From Escherichia coli (GTDB lineage: Bacteria; Pseudomonadota; Gammaproteobacteria; Enterobacterales; Enterobacteriaceae): 14,006 nucleotides of DNA. Below, piece by piece: positions 7,081 through 14,006 of the stretch (positions are counted from its first letter, which is position 1; every line of letters begins with the position of its first letter). The notes under the pieces are model-generated. The model was not told the DNA's origin. It saw only the letters and a list, made by a program, of their open reading frames with translations, and made no database searches. A program made the translations under genes and the position numbers. Location of the stretch: the NCBI RefSeq assembly GCF_003334255.1, contig NZ_QOWU01000080.1, one strand, 5' to 3'.

Positions 7081-8076
7081 ATGTATAATGTTGGTATTAT
7101 TGGGCTAGGGCAAATAGCTTATTCAATCGATAATGACCCGGCAAGAAAGATTACCTGGTCTCATATAAATGCATACAAAAAGTCTAAAGATACGCAAGTT
7201 ATATCAATCTGTGACATAGATGAAACACAAGTCAAAAAGATATCACAGGAATGTGATATCTATTCAGGGTATACCGATTACAGAGAAATGCTCAAAAATG
7301 AAGACCTCGATATAGTTAGTATTTGCACACCGATAAATACTCATGTTCAAATAATAAAAGACTGCATAAAGCATAATGTCAAAGCTATATTTTGTGAGAA
7401 GACAATATCATACAGTCTGGATGATTCGAGTGAAATCGTTGAATTATGCAAGAAAAATAATGTAGTACTGGCTGTTAATCATGTCCGTCGATGGGATGAT
7501 TTTAATCAAAAAATAAAAAATATAATTACACAAGATAATTATGGCGATATTTATACTATTGACTGCTATGGTGGAACGGCACTCCATACCAGTACAAGTC
7601 ACTTAATTGACTTAATGTGCTTCTTTTCTGATTCAGAGCCAGAATGGAGCATTGGATGTAAACAACAGGATTATGTTCGTAATGTTCACGGTGTACATGA
7701 TTACGGGGGCACAGGGTTTATAAAATTTAAAAATGGAATTATTGGGATAGTAAAATCAAATTCATCTTCTGAATTTAATATTTGCTTTGAAATTGATATT
7801 GCATGTAAAAATGGAAGAGTTATTATAACTGACGCTGGAGATACATGTGAGTTTTATAAATTTACACACAGTAATAGTTCGAGTGGTAGTCATTACAAAA
7901 CGTTATCTCTCGTACATAAAATATATAAAAATCAAACTGAAAGAATGATCAATGCTGTAAATAATATCGTTATGGCATTAAAAAAAGATCAGCAAGTCAA
8001 ATCAACAGGTCAAACATCATTAGCTTCCATCAAAATAATCAGTGGTATTTTATCTGAGGAAAAAACATTATTCTAA
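7081..8076 (+). CDS. Gfo/Idh/MocA-family NAD(P)-dependent oxidoreductase
   Basis: N-terminal Rossmann motif MYNVGIIGLGQIA; GAGG 5 nt upstream of ATG 7081. The track's 7039 start overlaps the previous gene and lacks a ribosome-binding site. Confidence 0.8.
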   Translation: MYNVGIIGLGQIAYSIDNDPARKITWSHINAYKKSKDTQVISICDIDETQVKKISQECDIYSGYTDYREMLKNEDLDIVSICTPINTHVQIIKDCIKHNVKAIFCEKTISYSLDDSSEIVELCKKNNVVLAVNHVRRWDDFNQKIKNIITQDNYGDIYTIDCYGGTALHTSTSHLIDLMCFFSDSEPEWSIGCKQQDYVRNVHGVHDYGGTGFIKFKNGIIGIVKSNSSSEFNICFEIDIACKNGRVIITDAGDTCEFYKFTHSNSSSGSHYKTLSLVHKIYKNQTERMINAVNNIVMALKKDQQVKSTGQTSLASIKIISGILSEEKTLF

Positions 8077-8081
8077 TTTGA

Positions 8082-8113
8082 TATCCTCCATGTACAGAGA
8101 AACGTGGAGGATA
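8082..8113 (+). terminator. Hairpin after the oxidoreductase gene (terminator-like, no clear U-tract)
   Basis: 11-bp stem TATCCTCCATG / CGTGGAGGATA with one G-U pair and a 10-nt loop, 6 nt after the stop codon. Confidence 0.35.
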
Positions 8114-8126
8114 CCAGTAAATCAGG

Positions 8127-8160
8127 GGAAGCTTGTCCCCCCCAGAAAGAACAAGCTTCC
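8127..8160. terminator. Second hairpin between convergent genes
   Basis: Perfect 10-bp inverted repeat GGAAGCTTGT / ACAAGCTTCC with a 14-nt C-rich loop; could serve the minus-strand gene ending at 8170. Confidence 0.35.
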
Positions 8161-8169
8161 GAATACAAT

Positions 8170-8436
8170 TTATCGTCTCTTCGCCCACTCTTTTTCATCA
8201 TCGGTGAGTTGTTCTTTATGCAAATAATCACCAGGAACAGGGGGAGGGGTAACCAGTTTAGGACGTCCATTATCATCACGAACTGTCACCAGACCAACTA
8301 CTTCTCCATTTTCTTTAAGTGCCCATGCAGCCAGTTGATATAGTGTTGACTTTCCTGTTACACCAGAGACATTATCGTGACGAAAATACCAGTCTGTCGC
8401 AGGGATAATTTGTTTATAAGGTGATGATTCACTCAT
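8170..8436 (-). CDS. Hypothetical protein (88 aa)
   Basis: ATG at 8436 preceded by GAGG with an 8-nt spacer; the track's longer 133-aa version has no ribosome-binding site at its start. Product MSESSPYKQIIPATDWYFRHDNVSGVTGKSTLYQLAAWALKENGEVVGLVTVRDDNGRPKLV... Confidence 0.5.
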   Translation of the reverse strand: MSESSPYKQIIPATDWYFRHDNVSGVTGKSTLYQLAAWALKENGEVVGLVTVRDDNGRPKLVTPPPVPGDYLHKEQLTDDEKEWAKRR

Positions 8437-8688
8437 AGCTTTTTCCTCAAAAAAATCTCCGGTATAAAACCAGAGGCTTGTTATAGGGGTCAGTTTGGAG
8501 ATCGGAAAATTTTGTTCGTTAAGCACATTATTTAACCAATAGATATGCGTAACGGATTGATTTTGCGTCAACGGCTATCGCTTTTAAGTTATCGCCATTG
8601 CGGTATTGCATTTAGGTTATCCGATAGAGGTCAAATCCTCTGAAAATGCCGTATAGCACGGGAGTACACCCTACCGCAATAGCGCAAC

Positions 8689-8704
8689 CGTACAATATTG
8701 TACG
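8689..8704. promoter_or_regulatory. Perfect 16-bp palindrome CGTACAATATTGTACG
   Basis: Self-complementary; half-site resembles the TGTACA operator motifs near the phd promoter; lies in the divergent intergenic region. Confidence 0.3.
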
Positions 8705-8865
8705 TTTCCCAAACGCAGCCCATCAGGCGCGGAACTCATCGAGGCGCGGGAATAAAATCCCATTCAGATGCCGGATAGATTCAAGCAAGCCCACTTATCG
8801 TCAAAATCGGTGTTGCAAAAACGGGAGTGACCATAGATTCGTTTCCCAAACCGCCCCCTTTTATA

Positions 8866-8899
8866 TTGACCAGAAGTGTTGTACAGTTTAATTGTACAA
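8866..8899 (+). promoter_or_regulatory. phd-doc promoter with two palindromic TGTACA operator sites
   Basis: TTGACC at 8866-8871; two TTGTACA-containing palindromes centred about 13 bp apart (8879-8886 and 8892-8899), immediately upstream of the ribosome-binding site. Confidence 0.45.
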
Positions 8900-8916
8900 C
8901 TCAAAGAGGAAGCACT

Positions 8917-9141
8917 ATGTTTACATGTAACTATAGCCATGCTCGCGATAACCTGGCCTCGTTGCTCGAGCTGGCGGTTGATGAAAATCAGCCAGTTGAG
9001 ATTCAGCGCCGTAAAGGTGGCGCAGCTGTACTGGTTGATAAAGACGCTTTTGAACGATACCGTAAAGCGGCTCTTGATGCTGAGTTTGCTGAGATCATGC
9101 AAAGTCATGGGACGGCCTATACGGAGCTTTCTAAGCGATGA
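8917..9141 (+). CDS. phd: Phd-family antitoxin
   Basis: 74 aa, MFTCNYSHARDNLASLLELAVDENQPVEIQRRKGGAAVLVDKDAFERYRKAALDAEFAEIM..., closely resembling P1 Phd as recalled; GAGGA 6 nt upstream; stop overlaps the doc start (ATGA). Confidence 0.85.
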   Translation: MFTCNYSHARDNLASLLELAVDENQPVEIQRRKGGAAVLVDKDAFERYRKAALDAEFAEIMQSHGTAYTELSKR

Positions 9142-9524
9142 AATTCGTTAGTTCACAGGAAGTGATTGAGTTTCATGACCGCTTGATTTCGCGTGATGGT
9201 GGCGTGGCGGGTATGCCAGAACCCGGTCGCGCTGACGCGATCATTCATCGTGTTTTGAACATGTATCATTATGAAGGTGTGACAGATATTATGGATCTGG
9301 CTGCCGTGTATTTAGTTGCTATTGCTCGTGGTCACATTTTCAACGATGCAAATAAGCGAACAGCCTTGTTTGTTGCACAGGTTTTTTTAAAACGGAATGG
9401 TGTACATATTATTAGTTCACGTATTTCGTTTGATGAAATGCAAATTATCGCTTTGAATGCTGCAACAGGAGAATATAACTGGAAGATGGTTTCTGACCAT
9501 CTTAAAGCCATTATTCTAAATTAG
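9138..9524 (+). CDS. doc: Doc toxin (Fic/Doc family)
   Basis: 128 aa with the Doc-type motif HIFNDANKRTA and GMPEPGRADAII, resembling P1 Doc; translationally coupled to phd. Confidence 0.9.
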   Translation: MKFVSSQEVIEFHDRLISRDGGVAGMPEPGRADAIIHRVLNMYHYEGVTDIMDLAAVYLVAIARGHIFNDANKRTALFVAQVFLKRNGVHIISSRISFDEMQIIALNAATGEYNWKMVSDHLKAIILN

Positions 9525-9631
9525 ATATAGATATCCAATCAGCAGCATTTTACAATCTCCTGAGCAATGTAAAAATCATATATCTTTTTACTATATAATT
9601 TCTGGCGTATGTGCTCAATTCAGACCTGACA

Positions 9632-9693
9632 CCCTTCCGCTTCCTCGCCCACTCGCCCACTCGCTCACTACCGTTCGGTCGCTGCGGCGAGCG
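9632..9693. other. ColE1/pMB1-like plasmid backbone segment (region flanking ori; possibly a primosome assembly site)
   Basis: CCCTTCCGCTTCCTCGC...CACTCGCTCACT...CGTTCGGTCGCTGCGGCGAGCG resembles the pBR322/pUC segment TCTTCCGCTTCCTCGCTCACTGACTCGCTGCGCTCGGTCGTTCGGCTGCGGCGAGCG, recalled from memory. Confidence 0.4.
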
Positions 9694-9776
9694 TTTGTAA
9701 GTTTTTCAATACAGACGACGTTCTCCCTGGCTGATTAATATTGTGTAATAATACATATCGTTTTCAGGAATAATGG

Positions 9777-10034
9777 GGGGTTGAGGCCCAATCGTACGAG
9801 ATCGTACGCTAAGTTCATTTTTTGAGCAGAAGAGGGGGGGGGTAAAGAAAACGAGGGTTTTGTTTACTCTTCCCGTCAATGCCAGTAGCCATGCGGTTTC
9901 AGGGACTTTCAGTGTTAATAAACTCGGTAATCAAATCAACGTAAACCTGCCTAACAACGCCACGACTTTATTGACTTAAAATCATATAGTTAGCTTCTTA
10001 GCGTACGTTTCCGCTCCATTGGGCTTCAAACCCC
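9777..10034. mobile_element. 258-bp element bounded by gamma-delta (Tn1000)-like IRs; IS101-like miniature element, or a composite of IR remnants
   Basis: Left IR 9777-9813 GGGGTTGAGGCCCAATCGTACGAGATCGTACGCTAAG and right IR 9997-10034 (reverse complement GGGGTTTGAAGCCCAATGGAGCGGAAACGTACGCTAAG) are inverted with outer GGGG and inner TAAG; no ORF inside. Confidence 0.5.
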
Positions 10035-10120
10035 TATACCAGGCAAGACGCATTCGCCTTGCCCGTAAATATCTGAACGGTAAAAAGGTTATGGAAGAAA
10101 CCGGGGAAAATACGCCCCCG

Positions 10121-10399
10121 TCAGCGTAAGGATTTCTTTTGCAGCTCCAGAGACTCCAGTTTTTTACGCAAATCCTCTCTTTTTTTGGCATCTCTGGTGC
10201 CTGCCAGTTTAGCTCTCAACTCATCGATCTGAAGCTGTATCTCCAGCCTTTTACTGAACATTTTCTGTCTGGCATTAACATCAGCAACAATGCCGTTTTT
10301 TGTCTTCTCGGCCTTTTGTTGAAAAACATTGCTGTCCGCATGACTGGCGACCGAAGCAGAAAGCACACTAAAAAGCAGGACTGGCACACATTTTTTCAC
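10121..10399 (-). CDS. Small secreted protein (92 aa) with a signal peptide and a charged coiled-coil-like mature region
   Basis: GTG start with AGGAA 8 nt upstream; MKKCVPVLLFSVLSASVASHA signal-like N-terminus followed by a K/E/R/L-rich sequence. Confidence 0.5.
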   Translation of the reverse strand: MKKCVPVLLFSVLSASVASHADSNVFQQKAEKTKNGIVADVNARQKMFSKRLEIQLQIDELRAKLAGTRDAKKREDLRKKLESLELQKKSLR

Positions 10400-10501
10400 G
10401 GGATTATTCCTGACTCATTGACCATCAAATCACATTGGGGTAAACCGACGTATGATAAGAGATACTCTTCGGAGATATAACCCCCTGAGTATCAGGATGA
10501 A

Positions 10502-10539
10502 AAACGCAAGGAGATGTTTATGGGGTCCGCTTGGAAAAC
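10502..10539 (+). repeat. Tn3-family 38-bp terminal IR (Tn21/Tn501-like), left end of the tnpR-tnpA transposon
   Basis: GGGGTCCGCTTGGAAAACGGAAAATATCCCACGCTAAG; compare the Tn21 IR as recalled (GAAAACGGAAAATA...CACGCTAAG). Lies just beyond the tnpR stop. Confidence 0.6.
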
Positions 10540-10567
10540 GGAAAATATCCCACGCTAAGACTATTTT

Positions 10568-11158
10568 CTATACAGTAACAGTTTGCTGTTTCGCTCTAAC
10601 TCTCAGAATTGTTTGCCGTGTGGTTCGGAATTCCCTGGCAATAGCACTTATACTTGCCCCAGACTTAATGCGTTCGAGTACCTTCTGTTTTTGTTCTTCA
10701 TTTAATACCGGTGGGCGACCAAAACGTTTTCCTGCATCCCGTGCTCTTGCTATCCCTGAATAAGTTCGTTCAAGTAAAAGATCTCGTTCAAATTCAGCGA
10801 CCGCTGAAATCACTTGCATTGTCATTTTTCCTGCCGGACTGGTCAGATCAACACCACCTAATGCCAGGCAATGCACCCTGATGCCAGATTCGGTCAGTTG
10901 CTCCACTGTTTTCCTGATATCCATTGCATTACGACCGAGGCGATCCAGTTTTGTGACTATCAATACATCGCCACTTTCCAGACGATCAAGCAACCGGTTA
11001 AAACTAGGACGTTCACTGGCTGCTACTGAGCCACTAATTTGTTCTTCGATTATTCGTTGGGGTCTGACGTTAAAACCCGCGCTTTCGATTTCCCGACGTT
11101 GATTTTCGGTCGTCTGTTCCAGAGTGGAAACCCGACAATAGGCAAAAATTCGAGACAT
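10568..11158 (-). CDS. tnpR: Serine recombinase, Tn3-family resolvase TnpR
   Basis: 196 aa; N-terminal catalytic motif [22 protein letters not shown]-helix region, C-terminal HTH; divergent from tnpA. Confidence 0.9.
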   Translation of the reverse strand: MSRIFAYCRVSTLEQTTENQRREIESAGFNVRPQRIIEEQISGSVAASERPSFNRLLDRLESGDVLIVTKLDRLGRNAMDIRKTVEQLTESGIRVHCLALGGVDLTSPAGKMTMQVISAVAEFERDLLLERTYSGIARARDAGKRFGRPPVLNEEQKQKVLERIKSGASISAIAREFRTTRQTILRVRAKQQTVTV

Positions 11159-11318
11159 AGTGAGATCTTCTGTACGAAATAGGTGTACATATTATAATGC
11201 ATGTCCGAAAGTAATTTCGCTGACTTTCGGATATATCTGTTTAACAATGTCCGAAACCGGTCGTTTTCGGTCACAACAAATCCATAACATATGAAAACTT
11301 TACACGAGGGAAGCATTC
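11159..11318. promoter_or_regulatory. res site region with divergent tnpR/tnpA promoters
   Basis: Repeated imperfect inverted half-sites (TGTCCGAAAGTA...GACTTTCGGATA; TGTCCGAAACC...TTTTCGGTCACA) and a palindromic ATTATAAT giving a -10-like hexamer on both strands. Confidence 0.5.
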
Positions 11319-13037
11319 ATGCCACGGCGACAAATACTGAGTAGTGAAGAGCAAGCTCGCCTGCTGGTTATACCAGATGATGAAATTATTCTGACCAGAA
11401 TGTGTTTTCTTTGTGATAAAGATATTGCTCTCATTAATAAGCACCGGCGTCCAGCTAATCGCCTGGGCTTTGCGGTATTACTCTGTTACCTGCGTGGGCC
11501 TGGATTTGTTCCGGACAAAAATAATGTTCCCCACTGTGGCGTTGTATCCAGAATTGCTTCAAGACTGAAGCTTCAGCCCGATTTATGGCATGAATATGCA
11601 GCCAGAGAGCAAACCCGCTGGGAGCATCTGGCTGAACTTTATCGCTACCTGAAATTATCTCCGTTCAGCCGAACTCTGCAAAAAGACTGCATTCGGCATC
11701 TGCATTCCTATGCCATGCGAACAGATAAAGGATTTACTCTGGCGGAGGAAATGCTCAGTTGGCTACATAACAATAATGTTATTTTCCCGTCGGTTGATGT
11801 GATCGAACGGACGCTTGCCGAAGCCGTCACACTTGCTGACAGATCTGTTTTTTCGGCACTTACGACACAACTGGGAAAGCAGCATAGATCTGCACTCGAC
11901 AGCCTGCTCATATCAGAAGGGGAACAACCTTCCCGACTTGCGTGGCTACTTCAGCCTCCCGGTAAAATTAACGGTAAAAACGTGCTGCAACATATCGATC
12001 GACTTAATTCTATCACCGCGCTGGAATTACCTGATGGTATTGAGCTTTCCGTTCACCAGAACAAATTACTCAAACTGGCGCGTGAGGGCCGAAAAATGAG
12101 CAGCAGAGATCTGGCAAAATTCACCGATATCAGACGTTACGCTACGCTGGTTTGTGTCATTCAGGAAGCCAGAGCAACATTGACTGATGAAGTTATCGAG
12201 CTACACGAACGCATTATGGGCGGTCTGTTCAGCCAGGCAAAACGCACACAAGCCGAGAGGCTTCAGTTAACAGGCAAACTTATCCAGAGCAAGTTAAGAC
12301 AATATGTTACTGTCGGTCAGGCGCTACTGCATGCCAGAAAGTCAGGTGAAGATCCCTGGGCCGCGATAGAAGATGTTATTCCCAGGCAGGAGTTCGTCAA
12401 CAGCCTGGAAGAAACACAGTTGCTGTCCCGTAAAGGTAATTTCGATCCTCTTCACCTGATCACCGAAAAATACAGCACACTTCGAAAATACGCTCCACGA
12501 ATGTTGTCAGCATTGCAGTTTGTAGCGACACCTGCGGCGCAGCCGCTCAGCGATGCACTGGATACTATAAGGGAAATATACCGTAAGCAGCTTCGTAACG
12601 TTCCGCCTACAGCGCCAACAGCATTTATTCCTGAAAGCTGGCGAAAACTGGTATTAACGCCTTCAGGCATCAATCGAAAATACTATGAGTTTTGTGTACT
12701 GAATGAACTCAAGGGGGCGTTACGTTCCGGAGATATTTGGGTAAAAGGGTCGCGTCGTTACAGAAATTTTGATGATTATCTTATCCCGGTCACTGAATTT
12801 GATAAATCCCGACAAAATGACCAGTTACAACTGGCTGTGCAGACTGATTGCCATGCATATCTTCAGGCCCGTATGACGCTTCTTGCATCTCGTCTGGAAG
12901 AAGTTAACGCAATGGCTCTTGCCGGTGAGCTGCCGGATGTTGATATTTCAGATAAAGGAGTGAAAATCACTCCGCTGGAGAACGGGGTTCTGAGGTGTAC
13001 TGGCAATAGCGGACACTACCATTTGTTCTTTTTTTAA
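11319..13037 (+). pseudogene. tnpA: Tn3-family transposase TnpA, N-terminal ~557 aa only; interrupted by IS insertion at about 12990
   Basis: N-terminus MPRRQILSSEEQARLL...RPANRLGFAVLLCYLR closely resembles Tn3-family TnpA; full-length TnpA is about 1000 aa. The last ~15 codons (LRCTGNSGHYHLFFF) are read from the IS end. Confidence 0.85.
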
Positions 13038-14006
13038 GCAGCCATCTGATGATATTTTTCCCTGAAGGCTGCCGGGGAGATATTCCCCAGACGAGAGTGA
13101 CGACGCTGACGATTGTAGAAAATCTCAATGTATTCCCGTATTACTGAGATGGCTTCATCCCGGTTATTAAAACGATAGTGGCTCAGGCTCTCATTTTTCA
13201 GCGTTCCCCAGAAGCTTTCCATCGGAGCGTTGTCGTAACAGTTACCTTTACGCGACATTGATGTTTTCAGACCAAACTGCTCCTGTATGACCCGGTAATC
13301 GTATGCGCAGTACTGTGAACCTCGATCAGAGTGGTGGATTAGCCCGGCAGGTGGGCGCTGGCTCCTGAGCGCCATAAACAGGGCTTTACCTGTCAGCTCT
13401 TTTGTCATGCGCTCTCCCATGGCGTAGCCGACAATTTCGCACGTATAAACATCTTTGATGCCAGCGAGGTACAACCATCCCTCCTGTGTGGCAACATACG
13501 TCAGGTCCGCCACCCAGACCTGATTTGGTGCTGTAGGAGCGAACGTCTGGTTCAGCAGATTTGGCGCAACTGGCAGATTGTGGTTCGAGTTCGTAGTCGC
13601 TCTGAACTTGCGTTTCTGCTTACAGCGTAGCCTTAGCTCCTTACGAAGACGTGCCAGTTGGTCACGACCAACGATGATGCCATTCTCTGCCAGCTCCGTC
13701 TGGAGCCGCCGGGTTCCATATGTTTCGCGAGTGCGGATATGTGCCACCTTAATCTCCAGTTTTAGCCGCTCATCACTTTGTTTTCTGTCTGAGGGTTCAT
13801 GCTGTACCCAGTTGTAATAACCGCTCCTGGATACACCAAATACCTGACACATCGCTTCAATGGGAAATTGTTGTCGCCATTGTTCGATTAACGCGTATTT
13901 TTCAGCGACTCCTGTGCAAAATACGCTGTTGTAGATTCAATCTGTCAATGCAACACCCCTTTCAATTATCTCTTTCGGTGTTTTGAACTTCAGTGTCTTT
14001 CTCGGT
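12991..14006 (-). mobile_element. IS3-family insertion sequence (3' part with intact orfB; orfA apparently disrupted or absent), runs off the window
   Basis: IS terminus at 12991 (TGAGGTGTACTGGCAATAGCGGACAC) resembles IS3 ends as recalled; orfB intact; only ~17 codons of an orfA-like C-terminus (TAYFAQESLKNTR) precede stops in every frame. Confidence 0.7.
13034..13852 (-). CDS. IS3-family transposase OrfB (DDE integrase)
   Basis: 272 aa with VSRSGYYNW near the N-terminus, WVADLTYV, HHSDRGSQY and CYDNAPMESFWGTLK (DDE catalytic core). Confidence 0.85.
   Translation of the reverse strand: MCQVFGVSRSGYYNWVQHEPSDRKQSDERLKLEIKVAHIRTRETYGTRRLQTELAENGIIVGRDQLARLRKELRLRCKQKRKFRATTNSNHNLPVAPNLLNQTFAPTAPNQVWVADLTYVATQEGWLYLAGIKDVYTCEIVGYAMGERMTKELTGKALFMALRSQRPPAGLIHHSDRGSQYCAYDYRVIQEQFGLKTSMSRKGNCYDNAPMESFWGTLKNESLSHYRFNNRDEAISVIREYIEIFYNRQRRHSRLGNISPAAFREKYHQMAA

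Larger units (their letters stand above)
10502..12990. mobile_element. Partial Tn3-family transposon (IR, tnpR, res, tnpA), truncated on the right by an IS insertion
   Basis: Terminal IR, divergent resolvase and transposase genes with an intervening res-like region; tnpA homology ends at 12990 where an IS3-family end begins. Confidence 0.7.

Noticed and set aside
10093-10130. GGGG...CGTAAG-ending sequence considered as another Tn3-type IR
   Set aside because: Poor match to the 38-bp IR pattern and to the other IRs; more simply a short GGGG/CCCC hairpin after the 92-aa gene.
10452-10763. 103-aa plus-strand ORF and a 12-aa ORF with an AAGGAG site at 10519
   Set aside because: They overlap the Tn3-family IR (10502-10539) and the tnpR gene on the opposite strand; the apparent start is the GGGG end of the IR.
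11815-12673. Short ORFs within and antisense to tnpA
   Set aside because: Nested in the well-supported transposase reading frame.
1-14006. CRISPR arrays, tRNA or rRNA genes, integron attC or attI sites
   Set aside because: No regularly spaced direct repeats, no tRNA-like cloverleaf regions, and no rRNA-like conserved stretches were found on inspection.

Overview
This window reads as a mosaic accessory region, probably from a plasmid or plasmid-derived island of an Enterobacterales host (inferred from gene content and motifs, not from any search). Left to right: (1) a 5'-truncated IS3-family transposase fragment; (2) a tightly packed five-gene minus-strand operon encoding an NitT/TauT-type ABC importer (NMT1/SsuA-like binding protein, ATPase, permease) bracketed by two paralogous ~180-aa proteins of unknown function; (3) mobile-element debris: an IS91-like transposase tail, a 394-bp miniature Tn3-family element with 38-bp inverted repeats (IRs) and a tnpA 3' remnant, and a serine-recombinase C-terminal fragment; (4) a candidate type I toxin-antitoxin locus with a 31-aa DinQ/TisB-like hydrophobic peptide, a strong terminator, and a divergent small RNA whose sequence repeats inside the toxin leader; (5) a strikingly AT-rich two-gene cassette (EamA/DMT transporter plus Gfo/Idh/MocA oxidoreductase); (6) a small divergent gene and a phd-doc toxin-antitoxin pair with palindromic operators; (7) a short ColE1-like segment and a 258-bp element bounded by gamma-delta-like IRs; (8) a partial Tn3-family transposon (IR, tnpR, res, tnpA) whose tnpA is cut by an IS3-family insertion running off the window. 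No rRNA, tRNA or CRISPR array was seen. All calls come from reading the sequence and recalled family motifs; no database search was run.
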